A DNA stretch of 64,000 nt from positions 1 through 64,000 of the forward strand of contig CAVVLJ010000002.1 in assembly GCA_963749075.1 (NCBI GenBank), read 5' to 3'. Under the pieces are notes generated by a model, which was not told the origin of the DNA, did no database searches, and saw only the letters and a program-made list of their open reading frames with translations. The position numbers and the translations under genes were made by a program. The stretch is from an uncultured Pseudomonadota bacterium. GTDB taxonomy: Bacteria > Pseudomonadota > Alphaproteobacteria > JACZXZ01. Positions 50,437 to 59,790 of this stretch are shown piece after piece; the stretch's first letter is position 1; every line of letters begins with the position of its first letter.

Positions 50437-51654
50437 ATGCGCATGCCAGAACGAGGTCGGCAATGGGGCGACCTCAAGAAGGACCTCCAAGCGTTGCAGT
50501 CGCAGGATGTTGCAAAGTGGCGCACGGGTCACGCATTCGGGGTCGCTTACTGCGCCAGCGATGAATTGCTGGAGATCATCCAGCAGGCCTATTCGATGTA
50601 CGTGCTGGAGAACGCTCGTCACCATCACGCATATCCGAGTCTGAAGCGATTCGAGGCCAACGTTGTCGGTATGACCTCCGACATCTTCCACGGCGGCCAA
50701 GCGGTCGGCAATTTCGTGTCCGGAGGGACGGAGGGAATCTTTCTCGCCGTCAAGACCGTGCGCGACAAAGCGAGAAGCGAGAAGGGAATAACCGAGCCCG
50801 AGATGCTGGTGCCGGCCACGGCGTATCCGATCTGGTTCCAGGTGGGTCACTACCTCAACGTCAAAGTGGTCATGATACCGATCACCGCCGAGTTCCGTGC
50901 AGACGTTGCGGCGTTGCGTTCGGCGGTTACGAAGAACACGATCCTGATCATGGGTTCGGCGCCCGGCTACGCCTTCGGCGTCATGGACCCGATCAGCGAG
51001 ATGTCCGCATTGGCGGAGGAGCTCGGGATTCACTTGCACGTCGACGCATGCGTCGGCGGCTACCAGCTGCCGTTCTTGCGCCAGATCGGCCGCAGTGTCC
51101 CGCAATTCGACTTTTCGCTACCCGGCGTGGCATCCATCGGGACCGACCTTCACAAATACGGATATTCGGCCCTCGGGAGCTCCGTAATTCTTTATCGCAA
51201 TGCCGACATCCACAAGTATCAGGCCTTTCAATTCGGCGAATGGCGCTCCGGCACCTGGCTTAATCCGGGGATGCTGGGAAGCCGTCCGGGAGGGGCGGTC
51301 GCCGCTGCGTGGGCGGTCATGAACTTTTTGGGTGAGGAAGGCTATCAGGAGTTGACGCGGCGCGTGACGGCGACCGCCGATCGATTGCGTCAAGGCATCG
51401 AGGCGATTCCGGGATTGAAGATTCAAGGCAAGCCCGAAATGAGCGTTTTCACCTACGTCTCGTCAAACCGCGAAATCGGGTCCATCGCGGAATCGATGCA
51501 GGCCAAAGGATGGTTCGTGCGCCCTTCGGTCAATCCGCCGAGCATTCATGTGGTAGTCACGCCCATGCATGAGCGGGTTGCCGATGAATACCTGGAAGAC
51601 TTAAGGGCGACAACGTTGAGCGCCGAAAAACCGCAAACCGCACGCGTGGTGTAA
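50437..51654 (+). CDS. PLP-dependent enzyme, sphingosine-1-phosphate lyase / group II decarboxylase-like
   Basis: SGGTE.I, SAP.Y..GV.DPI, HVDACVGG, DLHKYG (PLP Lys), GSRPGG; AAGGAGG RBS. Confidence 0.85.
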   Translation: MRMPERGRQWGDLKKDLQALQSQDVAKWRTGHAFGVAYCASDELLEIIQQAYSMYVLENARHHHAYPSLKRFEANVVGMTSDIFHGGQAVGNFVSGGTEGIFLAVKTVRDKARSEKGITEPEMLVPATAYPIWFQVGHYLNVKVVMIPITAEFRADVAALRSAVTKNTILIMGSAPGYAFGVMDPISEMSALAEELGIHLHVDACVGGYQLPFLRQIGRSVPQFDFSLPGVASIGTDLHKYGYSALGSSVILYRNADIHKYQAFQFGEWRSGTWLNPGMLGSRPGGAVAAAWAVMNFLGEEGYQELTRRVTATADRLRQGIEAIPGLKIQGKPEMSVFTYVSSNREIGSIAESMQAKGWFVRPSVNPPSIHVVVTPMHERVADEYLEDLRATTLSAEKPQTARVV

Positions 51655-51745
51655 GGAGCACGGCATCCCCGATCCGGTTATTCAGCAAGTATCGGACTTG
51701 ACATCGTTCGCACGGAACAGTAAAAATGATCTGCAACCGAGGAGC

Positions 51746-52156
51746 ATGATTGCCATGGACCGAACGGTCATTAATCCACCCAACTTATCGACGCCATTAG
51801 GTCCATATTCATACGCTGTAAAGGTTGACGGAGGCCAGTTGCTGTTCATCTCCGGCTGTGTCGCCACCGATGCTTCCGGCGAGATTGTAGGCAAGGGAGA
51901 TGTGGCGCGGCAGTCCGAACAGGTGATGAAGAATCTCAAGATCGTGATCGAAGCTGCGGGTGGCTCCCTTAGCGACGTAGTCAAGGTCACGAACTACATG
52001 CTCGATGCCGCCGAGTTCCCGAAATTGGCCGAGGTGCGCGCGCGGTATCTAAAGCCGCCATACCCCGCGAGCACGATGGTTGAAGTCAGTGCGCTGATCC
52101 ACAAAGACATGCTGGTAGAGATCGAGGCGATTGCCATCATTCCAGCAGCTAAATGA
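51746..52156 (+). CDS. RidA/YjgF-family protein
   Basis: PYS.AV, LFISG, NL..V.EAAG, VVKV, R, PASTMVEV..L, VEIEAIA. Confidence 0.9.
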   Translation: MIAMDRTVINPPNLSTPLGPYSYAVKVDGGQLLFISGCVATDASGEIVGKGDVARQSEQVMKNLKIVIEAAGGSLSDVVKVTNYMLDAAEFPKLAEVRARYLKPPYPASTMVEVSALIHKDMLVEIEAIAIIPAAK

Positions 52157-52309
52157 CATGCGTCTCCCGTCGCACCATATCGTTGCGTCCGTAGTACCCC
52201 TCCCTGGGGTAGCTCGTTAGAGCGCGATCCGGTCAAGTTGAATCGGGTATCCGCTTCGTCTTTCCCGCGAAAACGGAAATCCGGCAGCGCATGGACCCCC
52301 GATTTCGCG

Positions 52310-53793
52310 CTAGTTGATTCACACATTTTTGAGGGTCCATCCGTGGGCGACGGCGAGGAAGTATTCGAGGCCATGCTTGAAGGTGATTGGCCCGGGCTTG
52401 GTGCGTGGGTATCCGTCCCATCCGCCGAGGCGGGCGATGATCCAGGCCGCCCAGGCGAGACTTCGCGGTGGATGGGGATTGCTTTGGAGTTTTGTCCTGC
52501 CGCGGTATGTCGCATCGAGTGCGATGAGGGCTTGGATTTGATCTGGGTTGAAGGCGATGCTGGCCGCCGCGGCATTTTGCCCGTCACGCGCCTGCACGAG
52601 CTGCAGGGTAATGGCGGCAGCCTTGGTCGCGATGGCGGCCAGCTTGAGCAAGCGTTCGGCGCTCTCGAGCCGACTGTCTTCCAGCTTGAGCCCTTGGAGC
52701 TTGAGGGTTCGGAAGAGCTGCTCGATCGTCCAGCGTTTCTTGTACCAATCGACGATGCGCCAAGCGGCTGCCGTATCGCCGACCTCGTGGGTTGTGAGCA
52801 GCCGCCAGTGCAGCGGCTCGGCATCGGCCGGCGGGTCGCATTCGACGACCTCCACCAGCCTGAGGGCGACCCACATTGGCAATCCGTGCTCGCCTGGGCT
52901 CTGCGGTCTGCGCAGCGTGACCGGCCCGAAGCGCAACGCCAGCGTGGCTTGGCGCGCCGGCCGATTGGCGCGCGCCATGAGCGAAACGCTTGTGTGCGCG
53001 GCGAGCGGCATTGCCGCCCCTGCGGCATAGAGCGTTCGGCCATCGGCCAGCAGACGGTCCTGCATCGAGCGCGTCAGCAAATGAAAGCCCGCACTCGGCA
53101 GCGTCGCCCATTCCGCGTAGATATCGCTCTCGCGATCGGCGATCACGGTCACCATCGCGGCAGCGGACAGGACCTCTTTGGCCTGCTCGGCCGTCCTGAG
53201 CCAGCGCTGCGATTCCTTGGCGGCCAGCGGCCGCTCGTTATGCGGCGTCGTGATGCGGCCCTGGCGCGTCCAGAGCTGGCCGGCGACGAGGCCGAGACAG
53301 CCGTCAGTCTCGGCATCGAGCGCCAGCATCGCGTGCAGCAGCAAGCCCCGCCCCACGCCTTTGCCGATCTCGCCCAACCCGCGCCGCCGCTCGGCCGTCG
53401 TCCGGAAACCGATCTCGCTGGTGTCCTGGATCGCCAGCACGTGCCGCCCGCTGGCCGCGCGCGCGGTCTGCTCGCCCCAGCCAGCGAGCAATGCCTCCAC
53501 CGTTACCTTGGGGTTCGCAAGAAGCCGGCCGTAACGCACGATCGCGCGGCGCTCGCCGCCGGCCGCTCGCCGCAAGCAGCTGCTTTCACGCGCAACCATG
53601 CCCTTGAGCAAAGCCGCCCCCCTTTTTCGAGGCGACGATCCCCAAACCGACCCGGCCAATACTGCGCGTCCGACATCGCGGCACTCCTCAAAAATCGAAG
53701 TGCCGGAAAGAGAATCACACAAAATCATGTTGGCGATACCCCAAAATATCACGCTGAGTCACTTTGCCGCACCAAGATGTGTGCATCTACTAG
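52310..53793 (-). mobile_element. Complete IS4-family insertion sequence, 1484 bp, with 10-bp target duplication
   Basis: Terminal IRs CTAGTTGATTCACACATTTT / CTAGTAGATGCACACATCTT (17/20); CGATTTCGCG duplicated at 52300-52309 and 53794-53803. Confidence 0.9.
52319..53676 (-). CDS. IS4-family (IS50/Tn5-like) transposase, expressed through a -1 frameshift at 53617-53627
   Basis: RFGD.RL.K/RG, LAIQDT, KES.RW, ADRESD, W.LLT, Y..RW.IE.LF..LK, IARLGGW, PGP. Confidence 0.88.
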
Positions 53794-53896
53794 CGATTTC
53801 GCGGGGGTGAGGTCGGGCCCTTTGATCATATTCCCGCGCCCGTGCAGAGCCGGCATCAGGCGAGCTCGATGGCGATACATCGTTATGGCCAGGCAA

Positions 53897-55444
53897 TCAC
53901 TCGTTGTTGTGGGATTCGGCGGATGTGGCGAGCGCCAGCGCACCTGCGCGGCGCTTGCGATGGGCGGCTCTCAGCGCGAACGCAATCTGACCCACGACCA
54001 GCAGAATGCACGCCCAAATGAAGGCAGCGCTGATCGGCCGCTCGAAGAACACCAGTAAATCACCCCGGGAGATGAGCAGCGCACGACGGAAGTTCTCCTC
54101 GACAAGCGGGCCCAGCACATACCCGAGCATGATCGGCGCAACCGGGAAATCGAGGGCGATGAAGATGGCGCCCACAATTCCGAACACCAGGACCTCGTTG
54201 ACCTCGAACAGGCTGTTGTTGGTGCTGTAGACGCCGACGACGATGAAGAAGAGCGCGCACGGAAACATGTAGCGATACGGCACCTGCAGCACCTTGACCC
54301 AGAGTCCGATCAGCGGAACGTTGAGAATCACGAGTAACACGTTGCCGATCCAGAAGCTCGCGATCAGTCCCCAGAAAAGGTCGGCATGCTCGCTGATGAG
54401 CTGCGGACCGGGCTGAATACCCTGGATGAGCAAGGCACCGAGCAGCAAGGCCATGACCGGATCGCCCGGGATGCCCAAGCTCATGGTAGGAATGAAGTCG
54501 ACCTGGGTCTTGGAGTGCGATGCGGCCTCCGGGCTCGCCACGCCCTCCAGCGCCCCGTGCCCGAACCGCTCGGGCGTCTTGGAGATTTTCCGCTCAAAGG
54601 CATAGGCGATGAAGGTGGTAATGGTGGGGCCGGTGCCGGGCATGGCCCCGAACAGCGTGCCGATCAGGGTTCCGCGCAGCATCGGGAGGAAGGACTGTTT
54701 GATCTCGGCCCTGCTCGGAAACATGTCGCGAAACCGGACCTTCGTCCCGCTGCCGACGATGTGCATTCGGTTCACGTTGCGCAGGAAGTCGGCTACCCCG
54801 AACAAGCCCAGTGCCAATGCCACCAATTCAACCCGGTCGCTCAATTCGATCAGGCCAAAAGTGAACCGAAGGGTGCCGCTGTTGACGTCGGTGCCCACGA
54901 TGCCGATCAACAGCCCCACGACCGTCATCGTCACTCCCTTGAGCGGAGAACCCTTGGACATCGTGCCGCCGGCGAGCAGGCCAAGCAGCATGATCGAAAA
55001 GATTTCCGCCGGCCCGAACTTGAACGCCACCTCCACCAGCAGCGGGGACGCGAAGATCATCACCGTAATCCCGAACGACGCCGCGAAGAACGAGGCAATC
55101 ATGGTGACGCCAAGCGCCGTCCCGCCTCTGCCTTGCCTGGTCATCGGATAGCCGTCGAGGCAAGTGACGGCGTGGGGCGGATGCGACGGCATATTGAGCA
55201 GGATGGCGCCAATCGCGCCGCCATACATCGAGCCGTAGAAGATGCCCGCCAGCATCAGGATGGCCGCCACCGGATGCATCGTGTAGGTCAGCGGCAGCAG
55301 CATCGAAATGGCCGACAGCGCGCCCATGCCGGGCAGCACGCCGATAAGATTGCCCATCAGTACGCCAAAAAACGACCACATCAGGTTGTGCGGCTGCAGC
55401 GCGACACCGAAGCCGTACCACAGGTCGAGTAACGACTGATGCAT
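53897..55444 (-). CDS. tctA: Tripartite tricarboxylate transporter permease TctA
   Basis: GVLPGMG, YGSMYGG, CLDGYPM, GAMPG.G, PEAA, LGIPGD, PGP. Confidence 0.93.
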   Translation of the reverse strand: MHQSLLDLWYGFGVALQPHNLMWSFFGVLMGNLIGVLPGMGALSAISMLLPLTYTMHPVAAILMLAGIFYGSMYGGAIGAILLNMPSHPPHAVTCLDGYPMTRQGRGGTALGVTMIASFFAASFGITVMIFASPLLVEVAFKFGPAEIFSIMLLGLLAGGTMSKGSPLKGVTMTVVGLLIGIVGTDVNSGTLRFTFGLIELSDRVELVALALGLFGVADFLRNVNRMHIVGSGTKVRFRDMFPSRAEIKQSFLPMLRGTLIGTLFGAMPGTGPTITTFIAYAFERKISKTPERFGHGALEGVASPEAASHSKTQVDFIPTMSLGIPGDPVMALLLGALLIQGIQPGPQLISEHADLFWGLIASFWIGNVLLVILNVPLIGLWVKVLQVPYRYMFPCALFFIVVGVYSTNNSLFEVNEVLVFGIVGAIFIALDFPVAPIMLGYVLGPLVEENFRRALLISRGDLLVFFERPISAAFIWACILLVVGQIAFALRAAHRKRRAGALALATSAESHNNE

Positions 55445-55447
55445 CGC

Positions 55448-55912
55448 TCACCTCCAGTCGAACAGTGGGAACTGCAATTGGAGGGCCCACCAGAAGACGA
55501 CGATGCAGACCGCGACGACGGCGAGCGCCAGAACGGTGGCGCTCTTTATCGTGTTCTGCCGGTCGCCGAGCGCCGAAATGAAGACAATGGCGAAGGTCGC
55601 GGGCAGCAGACCCCCGTAGGCGCCGAGCACGACGAACGCGACGACGCCCGCGCCGATGCAGAACCAGCCGCGCCATTCCGGCGGCAGCGGCGCCTCTTCG
55701 CCCTCGTATTCGGCAAAGCGGGCGGTGATCGCGATGGCCAGGCCGGTGAGCGCGAGGATCGCGCCCAGGGCGACGGGAAAGAAGCCCGGCCCCATGCTGC
55801 TCAGCGTTCCCATGCGATAGCTCGAACCCTGAACCATCGCGGCCACGCCGAGCGCAATCATCAGGGCGCCTCCGACATAGTCTCGCTTGCGCTTGTTTGC
55901 GAGTAGCTGCAT
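55448..55912 (-). CDS. tctB: Tripartite tricarboxylate transporter small permease TctB
   Basis: Y.MGT...MGPGFFP, four TM segments, L.L..P. Confidence 0.9.
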   Translation of the reverse strand: MQLLANKRKRDYVGGALMIALGVAAMVQGSSYRMGTLSSMGPGFFPVALGAILALTGLAIAITARFAEYEGEEAPLPPEWRGWFCIGAGVVAFVVLGAYGGLLPATFAIVFISALGDRQNTIKSATVLALAVVAVCIVVFWWALQLQFPLFDWR

Positions 55913-56049
55913 TGATTCCTCTTTCAACGACGAGCGTCACGCGTAGCGTTGCAGCATATAGCTTGCACGCGCGCCGCGTCTATCATGGTTCCCAAAACTC
56001 CTCGGATGAATTCGGCGAGCCGCTCCCGCTATGCGGCCAACCGCTCCAT

Positions 56050-56469
56050 TGAGCCGGTCCTGGGAAATCGGACAGCGTGCTAAGGCGCATTCCGCCGGAT
56101 AACGGAGGCGCACGCGATGACGACGAGACGGCGGTTTACCGGCGAATTCAAGGCGCGGGTAGCGCCGGACGCGTTGCGGGCCGATAAGACCGTCGAGGAG
56201 ATTGCCGCCCCGCACAAGGTGCATCCGAACTAGGCGGGCGCGTGGAAGCGCCAGTCGATCGACGGCTTGGGCGAGGCGTTCTCGAACGGGGCGGACCGCG
56301 GGCGCCGGGCTCTGCATCGAGGCGTCGAACAGCGCGCTGGCCGGATGCGGCCGGCCTGAGATCTTCAACAAGGATCAGAGCCTGCCCCTGCGGAGGCGGG
56401 GCGCAGCCAGTTCACCAGCCTCGACTTCACCGGCGTGCTCAAGGACGCGGAGATCGCGGTCTCGACGGC
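56050..56469 (+). mobile_element. Degenerate IS3-family remnant (second copy)
   Basis: Starts TGAGCCGGTCCTGGGAAATCGGAC; orfA fragment MTTRRRFTGEFKARVA...VHPN(stop); orfB fragment RPEIFN.DQ..SQFTS..FT.VLK. Confidence 0.8.
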
Positions 56470-56514
56470 TGAGGTTTCGCGTATTGCCGGAGCTGTATGG
56501 AACATGCGCTCGGG

Positions 56515-56814
56515 CTATCGAGCACCCCGCACAGATTTTTCCGTATTTCCTCCAGCCAAGGGGACACGCACGACTGTCCGTTTCGCGACGCGCGTATCGA
56601 GCCGCGCCAGGATATCCTTGATATCCTGGTCGCGATGGCGCCTGAATTCTTTGATGTCCATGGCGCCGCCGCGAAGCTGCTCTTCCTTTTCGGCTTCCTC
56701 GATCTCCAGATCGATCCGATCGATGTCGGCCCGATGAATGGTTTCATCGGCTTTTGCCACCTGCCTTGGAGAGGCCAGGCGCACCGCGATGAATGACGAT
56801 GGTTCGTCGGCCAT
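56515..56814 (-). CDS. Hypothetical protein (99 aa, highly charged)
   Basis: AAGGAGA RBS before ATG; no recognisable motif. Confidence 0.5.
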   Translation of the reverse strand: MADEPSSFIAVRLASPRQVAKADETIHRADIDRIDLEIEEAEKEEQLRGGAMDIKEFRRHRDQDIKDILARLDTRVAKRTVVRVPLAGGNTEKSVRGAR

Positions 56815-57067
56815 ATCAGTCTCCTTAAATCCCGAGACACCCTCTCTTGCATCAATATTCCACTCGCTATGGGATGATTCGCAGAAGCCGTTTCAAGAAT
56901 GCGGGTTTATCGGCCGCTCCAAAGCCCCGGAGAGTTAGGAGGCGGGCTGCAGCGTTCAATTGTGGGGCAAAAAACTCGCAATCGTCCGATAGCTCGGGCA
57001 AACCCCCGCTCTCGAGGGGGCAGGCTGGGCCTCAGGTACCTCTGGCAAGACGAAACAAGTAGCCCCC

Positions 57068-58651
57068 CTACGTCCGCCGCACGTTCCAGAAGACGGGATT
57101 GCCGCCGAGGAGGCCGCTCAGGTTGGCCTGGCAGGCGGTTGGGGCGAAGAACTGGCCGAGCGGGATGTAGGGCACGTCCACGAAAGCCTGGAGCTGGATG
57201 TCGCGCGCGATCTTCTGCTGCCCCGCGAGGTCGGGCGCCTCGAGCCAGGCCTGGCGCAGCTCCTCGAGGCGCGGGCTCGTGGGCCAGCCGACGGTGGCGT
57301 CCTTGCCGTTGCCGCGGAGGAAGACGTGGCCCACGGGATTGGCGTGGTCGGTGCCGCTCCAGAGCGTGTGGTAGATGCTCCAGCCGCCGTCTGCGACCGG
57401 CTCCTTCTTGGTGCGGCGCGCCACGAGCGTCGTCCAGTCCATGCCCTGGTAATCCACGTTCATGCCGAGCTTCTTCATCGTGTCGGCGGTGATGTCGGTG
57501 AGCGCCTTGACCGAGGCGATGTTGGTCGGCCCGATGAGCACGATCTTCTCGCCCTTGTAGCCGGCCGCCTCAACGTCGCGCTTCACCTTGGCGAGATCGC
57601 GCGGGCCGGTGAGCGCTGCCATGCCGGCGTCGCTCGCCATCGGCGTCTCGGGGCAGAAGAAGCCGCAGCGGTCGCGCCACATGCTGCGGTCGGTGCCGAC
57701 CGTGGCGGTCATGTATTCGGCCTGGTCGACGGCGCCGAGGAGGGCGCGGCGCAGGGCGGCGTTGTCGAAGGGGGGGTTCAGATGGTTGAAGCGCATGGTG
57801 CCGATGAAGCCCGTCGGGTCGATGATCTCGACGGCGAGCTTCTTGTCGGCTTTCAGGATGGGCAGGAGATCGGCATCCGGGACGAGCCACCAATCGACCT
57901 CGCCCTGGCGGAGCGCCGCCGCCGCGGTGCCGCCGTCCTGGATGATGTGCCATTCGATGCGGTCGAAGTGCGCGAGCTTGGGGCCGGCCGTGCCGCTCGC
58001 CTCGCCGTCGGGACGGGGGACGTAGCCCGCGAAGCGCTCGTAGACCACGAGCGAGCCCATGACCCGCTCGTCCGCCTTGAAGCGGTAGGGCCCGCTGCCG
58101 ACCATCTCGGTCACCTGCGTCATGGGGTCGGTCATGGCGAGGCGCTCGGGCATGATGGCGCAAACGTTGGGCGGGGTCTTGCCGAGTGCGGCCGGAAGGA
58201 GGGCGAAGGCCCGCTTCATGCGGAAGACGATGGTGCGGTCGTCGGCGGCCGAGAGCTCGTCGGTCGCGGCTATGAGCGCCTGGCCGAAGGAGTCGCGCGC
58301 GGCCCAGCGCTTGATGCTGGCAACCGCGTCGCGCGCCAGGACCGGCGTGCCGTCGTGGAACTTGAGGCCGTCGCGCAGGGCGAGCTTCCACAGCTTGCCG
58401 CCACTCTCGCTCGCCGCACCCGCCACCATCTGGGGCTGGGCGTTGTAGTGCGCGTCCATCCCGAAGAGCGTGTCGAAGACCAGGAAGGCGTGGTCGCGCG
58501 TCGGATAGGTGGTCGTCCACACCGGATCGAGGACCGAGAGATCCGCCTGGGGAACGAACTTGAGCACCCGGCTCGATTGCGCGCGCGCGAGCGCCGGCAG
58601 CGCCAGGGTGGCGCCGGCGGCAGCGAGGAATTGCCGTCGCTTGAGTTTCAT
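57068..58651 (-). CDS. ABC transporter substrate-binding protein (peptide/nickel family 5), Tat signal
   Basis: KRRQFL, LKFVPQADL..LDP, LRDGLKFHDG, GSGPYRF, PPFDN, FWNVR. Confidence 0.92.
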   Translation of the reverse strand: MKLKRRQFLAAAGATLALPALARAQSSRVLKFVPQADLSVLDPVWTTTYPTRDHAFLVFDTLFGMDAHYNAQPQMVAGAASESGGKLWKLALRDGLKFHDGTPVLARDAVASIKRWAARDSFGQALIAATDELSAADDRTIVFRMKRAFALLPAALGKTPPNVCAIMPERLAMTDPMTQVTEMVGSGPYRFKADERVMGSLVVYERFAGYVPRPDGEASGTAGPKLAHFDRIEWHIIQDGGTAAAALRQGEVDWWLVPDADLLPILKADKKLAVEIIDPTGFIGTMRFNHLNPPFDNAALRRALLGAVDQAEYMTATVGTDRSMWRDRCGFFCPETPMASDAGMAALTGPRDLAKVKRDVEAAGYKGEKIVLIGPTNIASVKALTDITADTMKKLGMNVDYQGMDWTTLVARRTKKEPVADGGWSIYHTLWSGTDHANPVGHVFLRGNGKDATVGWPTSPRLEELRQAWLEAPDLAGQQKIARDIQLQAFVDVPYIPLGQFFAPTACQANLSGLLGGNPVFWNVRRT

Positions 58652-58737
58652 CGCAAGGTCCCTCTTTGGCTCATCAGTCCGTACTATGACGCAAGGGCAG
58701 AGGCCGGTCACCCGCGGAAATCGCCGCGATGCCCCCC

Positions 58738-59589
58738 TCAGCGCGCGATGTAGCGCCGGCCAACGAAGAAATTGACCGCCGCCGTGAGCGCCAGGGTCAC
58801 CGCCATGAGCACGAAGGCAAGCGCCGCGCCGAACGGCCAGTTGGTCTGGTTGAGGATCTCGTCGGCGACGCGGGGCGCCATCATCTGGAAGCGCGGGCCG
58901 CCGAGCAGCACGGGAGTCGCATAGGCGTTCATGGTGAGGATGAAGGAGAGGATGCCGGCGGCGAGAAGGCCCGGCACCGCGAGCGGCAGGGTCACGAGCC
59001 GCCAGACGCCGAAGGGCGTCGCTCCGAGGCTCAAGGCCGCCTCCTCGGCGGCGCGGTCGATGCCCTCGAGCACGCTCTCGAGCGTGAGCACGACGAAGGG
59101 GAGATTGACCGAGAGGATGCCGATGACGACGGCGGTCGTCGAGAACATGAGGTCGATGGGCTTGTCCCTGAGGCCGAGCGCCTGCGCGAGGCCGCTCACC
59201 AGGCCCTGCTGGCCGAGCGCCACCATCCAGCCCGCGGCGCGCACTGCATTGCCGACAAAGAGCGGCAGCACGACGGCGAGCACGAGGAGGCTCTTCGCGC
59301 GCTCGCCCGCCCGCACCAGCATGAGGGCCACGGGGAACGCAGCGGCGAGCGAGAGCGCCGTCACCGCGACGGCCACCACGAGCGTCGTTTTCAGCACGCC
59401 CACGTAATAGGGATCGCTCACGAACTTCACGTAGTTCGCGGCCGTGAGCGCCTCGACCATGAACTGCCCGGGCACGAAGCGGTTGAGGCTGTAGCGGAAG
59501 AGGAGGAGGAGCGGCAGCACCAGGAAGAGGAAGACGAGGAGCGTCGAGGGGAGGACGAGCGCCGCCGCCGTCCGGCGCGCCGTTGTCAT
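58738..59589 (-). CDS. ABC transporter permease (PotB-like)
   Basis: NY..F..DPYY, LPF.VL, EEAA.SLGA, TLPLA.PG, NWPFGAA. Confidence 0.9.
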   Translation of the reverse strand: MTTARRTAAALVLPSTLLVFLFLVLPLLLLFRYSLNRFVPGQFMVEALTAANYVKFVSDPYYVGVLKTTLVVAVAVTALSLAAAFPVALMLVRAGERAKSLLVLAVVLPLFVGNAVRAAGWMVALGQQGLVSGLAQALGLRDKPIDLMFSTTAVVIGILSVNLPFVVLTLESVLEGIDRAAEEAALSLGATPFGVWRLVTLPLAVPGLLAAGILSFILTMNAYATPVLLGGPRFQMMAPRVADEILNQTNWPFGAALAFVLMAVTLALTAAVNFFVGRRYIAR

Positions 59590-59640
59590 CCGCGAGTGCG
59601 GGAGGTCGGCCGGTCCCCGCCTTCCGAGCCTGAGCCGTCA

Positions 59641-59761
59641 CCCCCACCCCAACCCTCCCCCGTCAAGCGGGAGGGGGAATATTTGGGATACGCCAACTTC
59701 CTCCCTCCCCCCTTGAGGGGGATCGACCGCCCGTTGAGGAGCGGTCGATGGGTGGGGGGTG
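59641..59761. repeat. REP-like paired palindrome, family A variant with nested hairpin
   Basis: CCCCAACCCTCCCCCGTCAAGCGGGAGGGGG ... CCCTCCCCCCTTGAGGGGG; nested ATCGACCGC-N10-GCGGTCGAT at 59722-59749. Confidence 0.75.
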
Positions 59762-59790
59762 TACTGCGCATTCCTCGCTCCGATCGGCCC

